Assembly (NCBI GenBank): GCA_964247055.1
Contig: OZ176052.1
Location: 13,888,001-13,952,000, forward strand
Length of the DNA: 64,000 nucleotides
Origin: Paragordius varius
Lineage: Eukaryota; Animalia; Nematomorpha
Direction of reading: 5' to 3'
Shown: one piece after another, positions 1 through 11,400 of the stretch
How positions within the stretch are numbered: the stretch's first letter is position 1
How the letters are laid out: each line of letters starts with the position of its first letter
Position numbers and translations under genes: made by a program
Notes under the pieces: model-generated
Told to the model about the DNA's origin: nothing
Database searches by the model: none
Seen by the model: the letters and a program-made list of their open reading frames with translations, nothing else

Positions 1-9
1 TAGTCCGAT

Positions 10-26
10 CCCCAAAATATTTGGGG
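10..26. other. Inverted repeat CCCCAAA-ATA-TTTGGGG (7-bp arms) in A-class monomers (first copy given)
   Basis: Read directly; absent from B-class monomers, which read CTCGAAAATATTTGGGG. Confidence 0.9.
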
Positions 27-46
27 TGATGATGGAACTACCATAG

Positions 47-104
47 GGCTACCCAAAAAAAATTATGTCGACATCACCTGATCAAATTTGGATTTTAGGT
101 AGCC
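47..104. other. Imperfect ~58-bp inverted repeat GGCTACC(C)AAAA ... TTTT(A)GGTAGCC, centred on GGTGA-CA-TCACC in GGTG-type monomers
   Basis: Arms 47-58 and 93-104 match 11/12. Inner GGTGA/TCACC dyad at monomer positions 67-78 (this first copy carries a variant there). Confidence 0.85.
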
Positions 105-132
105 ATTTTTATTTTTAAAATCGTATAAAATA

Positions 133-156
133 AATTTTTTAAATATTTAAAAAATT
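133..156. other. Perfect 24-bp A/T-only palindrome, present in most monomers (first copy given)
   Basis: AATTTTTTAAATATTTAAAAAATT equals its own reverse complement. Confidence 0.95.
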
Positions 157-346
157 CATAAAAATTACATTTATAGTCCGATCCCCAAAATATTTGGGGT
201 GATGATGGAACTACCATAGGGCTACCCAAAAAAAATTATGGCGACATCACCTGATCAAATATGGATTTTAGGTAGCCATTTTTATTTTTAAAATCGTATA
301 AAATAAATTTTTTAAATATTTAAAAAATTCATAAAAATTACATTTA

Positions 347-2413
347 TAGTCCGATCCCCAAAGTATTCAGGGTGATGATGGAACTACCATAGGGCTACCC
401 AAAAAAAATTATGGCGACATCACCTGATCAAATTTGGATTTTAGGTAGCCATTTTTATTTTTAAAATCATATAAAATAAATTTTTTAAATATTTAAAAAA
501 TTCAAAAAATTACATTTATACTCCGATCTCGACAATATTTGGGGTGATGATGGAACTACCATAGGGCTACCCAAAAAAATTATAGTGACATCACCTGATC
601 AAATTTGGATTTTAGGTAGCCATTTTTATTTTTAAAATCGTATAAAATAAATTTTTTAAATATTTAAAAAATTCATAAAAATTACATTTATACTCCGATC
701 TCGAAAATATTGGGGGTGATGATGGAACTACCATAGGGCTACCCAAAAAAAATTATGGTGACATCGCCTGATCAAATTTGGATTTTAGGTAGCCATTTTA
801 ATTTTTAATATCGTATAAAATAAATTTTTTAAATATTTAAAAAATTCATAAAAATTACATTTATACTCCGATCTCGAAAATATTTGGGGTGATGATGGAA
901 CTACCATAGGGCTACCCAAAAAAAATTATGGTGACATCACCTGATCAAATTTGGATTTTAGGTAGCCATTTTTATTTTTAAAATCGTATAAAATAAATTT
1001 TTTAAATATTTAAAAAATTCATAAAAATTACATTTATACTCCGATCTCGAAAATATTTGGGGTGATGATGGAACTACCATAGGGCTACCCAAAAAAATTA
1101 TAGTGACATCACCTGATCAAATTTGGATTTTAGGTAGCCATTTTTATTTTTAAAATCGTATAAAATAAATTTTTTAAATATTTAAAAAATTCATAAAAAT
1201 TACATTTATACTCCGATCTCGAAAATATTTGCGGTGATGATGGAACTACCATAGGGCTACCCAAAAAAAATTATGGTGACATCACCTGATCAAATTTGGA
1301 TTTTAGGTAGCCATTTTTATTTTTAAAATCGTATAAAATAAATTTTTTAAATATTTAAAAAATTCATAAAAATTACATTTATAGTCCGATCCCCAAAATT
1401 TTTGGGGTGATGATGGAACTACCATAGGGCTACCCAAAAAAAATTATGGCGACATCACCTGATCAAATTTGGATTTTAGGTAGCCATTTTTATTTTTAAA
1501 ATCGTATAAAATAATTTTAAATATTTAAAAAATTCAAAAAATTACATTTATACTCCAATCTCGACAATATTTGGGGTGATGATGGAACTACCATAGGGCT
1601 ACCCAAAAAAATTATAGTGACATCACCTGATCAAATTTGGATTTTAGGTAGCCATTTTTATTTTTAAAATCGTATAAAATAAATTTTTTAAATATTTAAA
1701 AAATTCATAAAAATTACATTTATACTCCGATCTCGAAAATATTTGGGGTGATGATGGAACTACCATAGGGCTACCCAAAAAAAATTATGGTGACATCACC
1801 TGATCAAATTTGGATTTTAGGTAGCCATTTTAATTTTTAATATCGTATAAAATAAATTTTTTAAATATTTAAAAAATTCATAAAAATTACATTTATACTC
1901 CGATCTCGAAAATATTTGGGGTGATGATGGAACTACCATAGGGCTACCCAAAAAAAATTATGGTGACATCACCTGATCAAATTTGGATTTTAGGTAGCCA
2001 TTTTTATTTTTAAAATCGTATAAAATAAATTTTTTAAATATTTAAAAAATTCATAAAAATTACATTTATACTCCGATCTCGAAAATATTTGGGGTGATGA
2101 TGGAACTACCATAGGGCTACCCAAAAAAATTATAGTGACATCACCTGATCAAATTTGGATTTTAGGTAGCCATTTTTATTTTTAAAATCGTATAAAATAA
2201 ATTTTTTAAATATTTAAAAAATTCATAAAAATTACATTTATACTCCGATCTCGAAAATATTTGGGGTGATGATGGAACTACCATAGGGTTACCCAAAAAA
2301 AATTATGGTGACATCACCTGATCAAATTTGGATTTTAGGTAGCCATTTTTATTTTTAAAATCGTATAAAATAAATTTTTTAAATATTTAAAAAATTCATA
2401 AAAATTACATTTA
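347..2413 (+). repeat. 6-monomer HOR, two diverged copies (period ~1032-1035 bp)
   Basis: Marker CCATTTTAATTTTTAATATCG at 793 and 1825; same order of CTCGACAA/A7-TAGTG, A9 and A7 monomers. Confidence 0.75.
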
Positions 2414-4821
2414 TAGTCCGATCCCCAAGATATTTGGGGTGATGATGGAACTACCATAGGGCTACCCCAAAAAAATTATGGTGACATCACCTGATCAAAT
2501 TTGGATTTTAGGTAGCCATTTTTATTTTTAAAATCGTATAAAATAAATTTTTTAAATATTTAAAAAATTCATAAAAATTACATTTATACTCCGATCTCGA
2601 AAATATTTGGGGTGATGATGGATACCATAGGGCTACCCAAAAGAATTATAGTGACATCACCTGATCAAATTTGGATTTTAGGTAGCCATTTTTATTTTTA
2701 AAATCGTATAAAATAAATTTTTTAAATATTTAAAAAATTCATAAAAATTACATTTATACTCCGATCTCGAAAATATTTGGGGTGATGATGGAACTACCAT
2801 AGGGCTACCCAAAAAAAATTATGGTGACTACACCTGATCAAATTTGGATTTTAGGTAGCCATTTTTATTTTTAAAATCGTATAAAATAAATTTTTTAAAT
2901 ATTTAAAAAATTCATAAAAATTACATAGTCCGATCCCCAAAATATTTGGGGTGATGATGGAACTACCATAGGGCTACCCAAAAAAATTATAGTGACATCA
3001 CCTGATCAAATTTGGATTTTAGGTAGCCATTTTTATTTTTAAAATCGTATAAAATAAATTTTTTAAATATTTAAAAAATTCATAAAAATTACATTTATAC
3101 TCCGATCTCGAAAATATTTGGGGTGATGATGGAACTACCATAGGGCTACCCAAAAAAAATTATGGTGACATCACCTGATCAAATTTGGATTTTAGGTAGC
3201 CATTTTTATTTTTAAAATCGTATAAAATAAATTTTTTAAATATTTAAAAAATTCATAAAAATTACATTTATAGTCCGATCCCCAAAATATTTGGGGTGAG
3301 ATGGAACTACCATAGGGCTACCCAAAAAAAATTATGGCGACATCACCTGATCAAATTTGGATTTTAGGTAGCCATTTTTATTTTTAAAATCGTATAAAAT
3401 AAATTTTTTAAATATTTAAAAAATTCATAAAAATTACATTTATAGTCCGATCCCCAAAGTATTCAGGGTGATGATGGAACTACCATAGGGCTACCCAAAA
3501 AAAATTATGGCGACATCACCTGATCAAATTTGGATTTTAGGTAGCCATTTTTATTTTTAAAATCGTATAAAATAAATTTTTTAAATATTTAAAAAATTCA
3601 AAAAATTACATTTATACTCCGATCTCGACAATATTTGGGGTGATGATGGAACTACCATAGGGCTACCCAAAAAAATTATAGTGACATCACCTGATCAAAT
3701 TTGGATTTTAGGTAGCCATTTTTATTTTTAAAATCGTATAAAATAAATTTTTTAAATATTTAAAAAATTCATAAAAATTACATTTATACTCCGATCTCGA
3801 AAATATTTGAGGTGATGATGGAACTACCATAGGGCTACCCAAAAAAAATTATGGTGACATCACCTGATCAAATTTGGATTTTAGGTAGCCATTTTTATTT
3901 TTAAAATCGTATAAAATAAATTTTTTAAATATTTAAAAAATTCATAAAAATTACATTTATACTCCGATCTCGAAAATATTTGGGGTGATGATGGAACTAC
4001 CATAGGGCTACCCAAAAAAATTATAGTGACATCACCTGATCAAATTTGGATTTTAGGTAGCCATTTTTATTTTTAAAATCGTATAAAATAAATTTTTTAA
4101 ATATTTAAAAAATTCATAAAAATTACATTTATACTCCGATCTCGAAAATATTTGGGGTGATGATGGAACTACCATAGGGCTACCCAAAAAAAATTATGGT
4201 GACATCACCTGATCAAATTTGGATTTTAGGTAGCCATTTTTATTTTTAAAATCGTATAAAATAAATTTTTTAAATATTTAAAAAATTCATAAAAATTACA
4301 TTTATAGTCCGATCCCCAAAATATTTGGGGTGATGATGGAACTACCATAGGGCTACCCAAAAAAATTATGGTGACATCACCTGATCAAATTTGGATTTTA
4401 GGTAGCCATTTTTATTTTTAAAATCGTATAAAATAAATTTTTTAAATATTTAAAAAATTCATAAAAATTACATTTATACTCCGATCTCGAAAATATTTGG
4501 GGTGAGGATGGAACTACCATAGGGCCACCCAAAAAAATTATAGTGACATCACCTGATCAAATTTGGATTTTAGGTAGCCATTTTTATTTTTAAAATCGTA
4601 TAAAATAAATTTTTTAAATATTTAAAAAATTCATAAAAATTACATTTATACTCCGATCTCGAAAATATTTGGGGTGATGATGGAACTACCATAGGGCTAC
4701 CCAAAAAAAATTATGGTGACATCACCTGATCAAATTTGGATTTTAGGTAGCCATTTTTATTTTTAAAATCGTATAAAATAAATTTTTTAAATATTTAAAA
4801 AATTCATAAAAATTACATTTA

Positions 4822-7591
4822 TACTCCGATCCCCAAAATATTTGGGGTGAGATGGATCTACCATAGGGCTACCCAAAAAAAATTATGGCGACATCACCTG
4901 ATCAAATTTGGATTTTAGGTAGCCATTTTTATTTTTAAAATCGTATAAAATAAATTTTTTAAATATTTAAAAAATTCATAAAAATTACATTTATACTCCG
5001 ATCTCGACAATATTTGGGGTGATGATGGAACTACCATAGGGCTACCCAAAAAAATTATAGTGACATCACCTGATCAAATTTGGATTTTAGGTAGCCATTT
5101 TTATTTTTAAAATCGTATAAAATAAATTTTTTAAATATTTAAAAAATTCATAAAAATTACATTTATACTCCGATCTCGAAAATATTTGGGGTGATGATGG
5201 AACTACCATAGGGCTACCCAAAAAAAAATTATGGTGACATCACCTGATCAAATTTGGATTTTAGGTAGCCATTTTAATTTTTAATATCGTATAAAATAAA
5301 TTTTTTAAATATTTAAAAAATTCATAAAAATTACATTTATACTCCGATCTCGAAAATATTTGGGGTGATGATGGAACAACCATAGGGCTACCCAAAAAAA
5401 AATTATGGTGACATCACCTGATCAAATTTGGATTTTAGGTAGCCATTTTAATTTTTAAAATCGTATAAAATAAATTTTTTAAATATTTAAAAAATTCATA
5501 AAAATTACATTTATACTCCGATCTCGAAAATATTTGGGGTGATGATGGAACTACCATAGGGCTACCCAAAAAAAAGTTATGGTGACATCACCTGATCAAA
5601 TTTGGATTTTAGGTAGCCATTTTAATTTTTAATATCGTATAAAATAAATTTTTTAAATATTTAAAAAATTCATAAAAATTACATTTATAGTCCGATCCCC
5701 AAAATATTTGGGGTGATGATGGAACTACTATAGGGCTCGTAAAAAAAATTATGGCGACATCACCTGATCAAATTTAGATTTTAGGTAGCCATTTTTATTT
5801 TTAAAATCGTATAAAATAAATTTTTTAAATATTTAAAAAATTCATAAAAATTACATTTATACTCCGATCTCGAAAATATTTGGGGTGATGATGGAACAAC
5901 CATAGGGCTACCCAAAAAAAAATTATGGTGACATCACCTGATCAAATTTGGATTTTAGGTAGCCATTTTAATTTTTAAAATCGTATAAAATAAATTTTTT
6001 AAATATTTAAAAAATTCATAAAAATTACATTTATACTCCGATCTCGAAAATATTTGGGGTGATGATGGAACTACCATAGGGCTACCCAAAAAAAATTATG
6101 GTGACATCACCTGATCAAATTTGGATTTTAGGTAGCCATTTTTATTTTTAAAATCGTATAAAATAAATTTTTTAAATATTTAAAAAATTCATAAAAATTA
6201 CATTTATACTCCGATCCCCAAAATATTTGGGGTGAGATGGATCTACCATAGGGCTACCCAAAAAAAATTATGGCGACATCACCTGATCAAATTTGGATTT
6301 TAGGTAGCCATTTTTATTTTTAAAATCGTATAAAATAAATTTTTTAAATATTTAAAAAATTCATAAAAATTACATTTATACTCCGATCTCGACAATATTT
6401 GGGGTGATGATGGAACTACCATAGGGCTACCCAAAAAAATTATAGTGACATCACCTGATCAAATTTGGATTTTAGGTAGCCATTTTTATTTTTAAAATCG
6501 TATAAAATAAATTTTTTAAATATTTAAAAAATTCATAAAAATTACATTTATACTCCGATCTCGAAAATATTTGGGGTGATGATGGAACTACCATAGGGCT
6601 ACCCAAAAAAAAATTATGGTGACATCACCTGATCAAATTTGGATTTTAGGTAGCCATTTTAATTTTTAATATCGTATAAAATAAATTTTTTAAATATTTA
6701 AAAAATTCATAAAAATTACATTTATACTCCGATCTCGAAAATATTTGGGGTGATGATGGAACAACCATAGGGCTACCCAAAAAAAAATTATGGTGACATC
6801 ACCTGATCAAATTTGGATTTTAGGTAGCCATTTTAATTTTTAAAATCGTATAAAATAAATTTTTTAAATATTTAAAAAATTCATAAAAATTACATTTATA
6901 CTCCGATCTCGAAAATATTTGGGGTGATGATGGAACTACCATAGGGCTACCCAAAAAAAAGTTATGGTGACATCACCTGATCAAATTTGGATTTTAGGTA
7001 GCCATTTTAATTTTTAATATCGTATAAAATAAATTTTTTAAATATTTAAAAAATTCATAAAAATTACATTTATAGTCCGATCCCCAAAATATTTGGGGTG
7101 ATGATGGAACTACTATAGGGCTCGTAAAAAAAATTATGGCGACATCACCTGATCAAATTTAGATTTTAGGTAGCCATTTTTATTTTTAAAATCGTATAAA
7201 ATAAATTTTTTAAATATTTAAAAAATTCATAAAAATTACATTTATACTCCGATCTCGAAAATATTTGGGGTGATGATGGAACAACCATAGGGCTACCCAA
7301 AAAAAAATTATGGTGACATCACCTGATCAAATTTGGATTTTAGGTAGCCATTTTAATTTTTAAAATCGTATAAAATAAATTTTTTAAATATTTAAAAAAT
7401 TCATAAAAATTACATTTATACTCCGATCTCGAAAATATTTGGGGTGATGATGGAACTACCATAGGGCTACCCAAAAAAAATTATGGTGACATCACCTGAT
7501 CAAATTTGGATTTTAGGTAGCCATTTTTATTTTTAAAATCGTATAAAATAAATTTTTTAAATATTTAAAAAATTCATAAAAATTACATTTA
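4822..7591 (+). repeat. 8-monomer HOR, two near-identical copies (period 1385 bp), followed by a partial third copy to ~8030
   Basis: GATGGATCTA at 4851/6236; CTCGTAAAA at 5736/7121; AAAAGTTATGG in both copies. Confidence 0.92.
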
Positions 7592-8452
7592 TACTCCGAT
7601 CTCGACAATATTTGGGGTGATGATGGAACTACCATAGGGCTACCCAAAAAAATTATAGTGACATCACCTGATCAAATTTGGATTTTAGGTAGCCATTTTT
7701 ATTTTTAAAATCGTATAAAATAAATTTTTTAAATATTTAAAAAATTCATAAAAATTACATTTATACTCCGATCTCGAAAATATTTGGGGTGATGATGGAA
7801 CTACCATAGGGCTACCCAAAAAAAAATTATGGTGACATCACCTGATCAAATTTGGATTTTAGGTAGCCATTTTAATTTTTAATATCGTATAAAATAAATT
7901 TTTTAAATATTTAAAAAATTCATAAAAATTACATTTATACTCCGATCTCGAAAATATTTGGGGTGATGATGGAACAACCATAGGGCTACCCAAAAAAAAT
8001 TATGGTGACATCACCTGATCAAATTTGGATTTTAGGTAATTTTTATTTTTAAAATCGTATAAAATAAATTTTTTAATTATTTAAAAAATTCATAAAAATT
8101 ACATTTATACTCCGATCTCGAAAATATTTGGGGTGATGATGGAACTACCATAGGGCTACGCAAAAAAAATTATGGTGACATCACCTGATCAAATTTGGAT
8201 TTTAGGTAGCCATTTTTATTTTTAAAATCGTATAAAATAAATTTTTTAAATATTTAAAAAATTCATAAAAATTACATTTATAGTCCGATCTCGAAAATAT
8301 TTGGGGTGATGATGGAACTACCATAGGGCTACCCAAAAAAATTATGGCGACATCACCTGATCAAATTTGGATTTTAGGTAGCCATTTTTATTTTTAAAAT
8401 CGTATAAAATAAATTTTTTAAATATTTAAAAAATTCATAAAAATTACATTTA

Positions 8453-11400
8453 TAGTCCGATCCCCAAAATATTTGGGGTGATGATGGAACTACCATAGGG
8501 CTACCCAAAAAAAATTTATAGTGACATCACCTGATCAAATTTGGATTTTAGGTAGCCATTTTTATTTTGAAAATCGTATAAAATAAATTTTTTAAATATT
8601 TAAAAAATTCAAAAAAATTACATTTATACTTCGATCTCGAAAATATTTGGGGTGATGATGGAACTACCATAGGGCTACCCAAAAAAATTATAGTGACATC
8701 ACCTTATCAAATTTGGATATTAGGTAGCCATTTTTATTTTTAAAATCGTATAAAATAAATTTTTTAAATATTTAAAAAATTCATAAAAAATACATTTATA
8801 GTCCGATCCCCAAAATATTTGGGGTGATGATGGAACTACCATAGGGCTACCCAAAAAAAATTATGGTGACATCACCTGATCAAATTTGGATTTTAGGTAG
8901 CCATTTTTATTTTTAAAATCGTATAAAATAAATTTTTTAAATATTTAAAAAATTCATAAAATTACATTTATACTCCGATCTCGAAAATATTTGGGGTGAT
9001 GAGGGAACTACCATAGGGCTACCCAAAAAAAATTATGGTGACATCACCTGATCAAATTTGGATTTTAGGTAGCCATTTTTATTTTTAAAATCGTATAAAA
9101 TAAATTTTTTAAATATTTAAAAAATTCATAAAAATTACATTTATACTCCGATCTCGAAAATATTTGGGGTGATGATGGAACTACCATAGGGCTACGCAAA
9201 AAAAATTATGGTGACATCACCTGATCAAATTTGGATTTTAGGTAGCCATTTTTATTTTTAAAATCGTATAAAATAAATTTTTTAAATATTTAAAATATTC
9301 ATAAAAATTACATTTATACTCCGATCTCGAAAATATTTGGGGTGATGATGGAACTACCATAGGGCTACCCAAAAAAAATTATGGTGACATCACCTGATCA
9401 AATTTGGATTTTAGGTAGCCATTTTTATTTTTAAAATCGTATAAAATAAATTTTTTAAATAATTAAAAAATTCATAAAAGTTACATTTATAGTCCGATCC
9501 ACAAAATATTTGTGGTGATGATGGAACTACCATAGGGCTACCCAAAAAAAATTATGGTGACATCACCTTATCAAATTTGGATTTTAGGTAGCCATTTTTA
9601 TTTTTAAAATCGTATAAAATAAATTTTTTAAATATTTAAAAAATTCATAAAAATTACATTTATACTCCGATCTCGAAAATATTTGGGGTGATGATGGAAC
9701 TACCATAGGGCTACGCAAAAAAAATTATGGTGACATCACCTGATCAAATTTGGCCATTTTTATTTTTAAAATCGTATAAAATAAATTTTTTAAATATTTA
9801 AAATATTCATAAAAATTACATTTATACTCCGATCTCGAAAATATTTGGGGTGATGATGGAACTACCATAGGGCTACCCAAAAAAAATTATGGTGACATCA
9901 CCTGATCAAATTTGGATTTTAGGTAGCCATTTTTTTTTTAAAATCGTATAAAATAAATTTTTTAAATATTTAAAAAATTCATAAAAGTTACATTTATAGT
10001 CCGATCCACAAAATATTTGTGGTGATGATGGAACTACCATAGGGCTACCCAAAAAAAATTATGGTGACATCACCTTATCAAATTTGGATTTTAGGTAGCC
10101 ATTTTTATTTTTAAAATCGTATAAAATAAATTTTTTAAATATTTAAAAAATTCATAAAAATTACATTTATAGTCCGATCCCCAAAATATTTGGGGTGATG
10201 ATGGAACTACCATAGGGCTACCCAAAAAAAATTATGGTGACATCACCTGATCAAATTTGGATTTTAGGTAGCCATTTTTATTTTTAAAATCGTATAAAAT
10301 AAATTTTTTAAATATTTAAAAAATTCATAAAAATTACATTTATACTCCGATCTCGAAAATATTTGGGGTGATGATGGAACTACCATAGGGCTACCCAAAA
10401 AAATTATAGTGACATCACCTGATCAAATTTGGATTTTAGGTAGCCATTTTTATTTTTAAAATCGTATAAAATAAATTTTTTAAATATTTAAAAAATTCAT
10501 AAAAATTACATTTATAGTCCGATCCCCAAAATATTTGGGGTGATGATGGAACTACCATAGGGCTACCCAAAAAAAATTTATAGTGACATCACCTGATCAA
10601 ATTTGGATTTTAGGTAGCCATTTTTATTTTGAAAATCGTATAAAATAAATTTTTTAAATATTTAAAAAATTCAAAAAAATTACATTTATACTTCGATCTC
10701 GAAAATATTTGGGGTGATGATGGAACTACCATAGGGCTACCCAAAAAAATTATAGTGACATCACCTTATCAAATTTGGATATTAGGTAGCCATTTTTATT
10801 TTTAAAATCGTATAAAATAAATTTTTTAAATATTTAAAAAATTCATAAAAAATACATTTATAGTCCGATCCCCAAAATATTTGGGGTGATGATGGAACTA
10901 CCATAGGGCTACCCAAAAAAAATTATGGTGACATCACCTGATCAAATTTGGATTTTAGGTAGCCATTTTTATTTTTAAAATCGTATAAAATAAATTTTTT
11001 AAATATTTAAAAAATTCATAAAATTACATTTATACTCCGATCTCGAAAATATTTGGGGTGATGAGGGAACTACCATAGGGCTACCCAAAAAAAATTATGG
11101 TGACATCACCTGATCAAATTTGGATTTTAGGTAGCCATTTTTATTTTTAAAATCGTATAAAATAAATTTTTTAAATATTTAAAAAATTCATAAAAATTAC
11201 ATTTATACTCCGATCTCGAAAATATTTGGGGTGATGATGGAACTACCATAGGGCTACGCAAAAAAAATTATGGTGACATCACCTGATCAAATTTGGATTT
11301 TAGGTAGCCATTTTTATTTTTAAAATCGTATAAAATAAATTTTTTAAATATTTAAAATATTCATAAAAATTACATTTATACTCCGATCTCGAAAATATTT

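Noticed and set aside
23-26. G-quadruplex or telomeric repeat
   Set aside because: G-runs are too few and too far apart per monomer, and no telomeric motif is present.
29-46. ATG ATG GAA CTA CCA TAG mini-ORF (MMELP*) and other possible ORFs
   Set aside because: Five codons only; the 173-bp period is not a multiple of 3 and stop codons are frequent on both strands, so no CDS is supportable.
47-104. MITE or Helitron-derived monomer (GGCTACC/GGTAGCC as terminal inverted repeats)
   Set aside because: No target-site duplication, no Helitron 3' hairpin-CTRR end and no recognised family; would need a Dfam/Repbase search.
124-130. TATAAAA TATA-box-like motif with TTCATA ~34 bp downstream and T5 after the GC-richer half (small-RNA gene cassette?)
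   Set aside because: Expected by chance in ~94% AT sequence; initiator match and spacing are imperfect; no transcript evidence.
1-173. tRNA, 5S rRNA or rDNA spacer origin
   Set aside because: No cloverleaf, recognisable Pol III A/B or C boxes, or rRNA sequence seen.
8630-8646. TTCG-containing variant as a CENP-B box
   Set aside because: Does not fit NTTCGNNNNANNCGGGN; there is no downstream CGGG.
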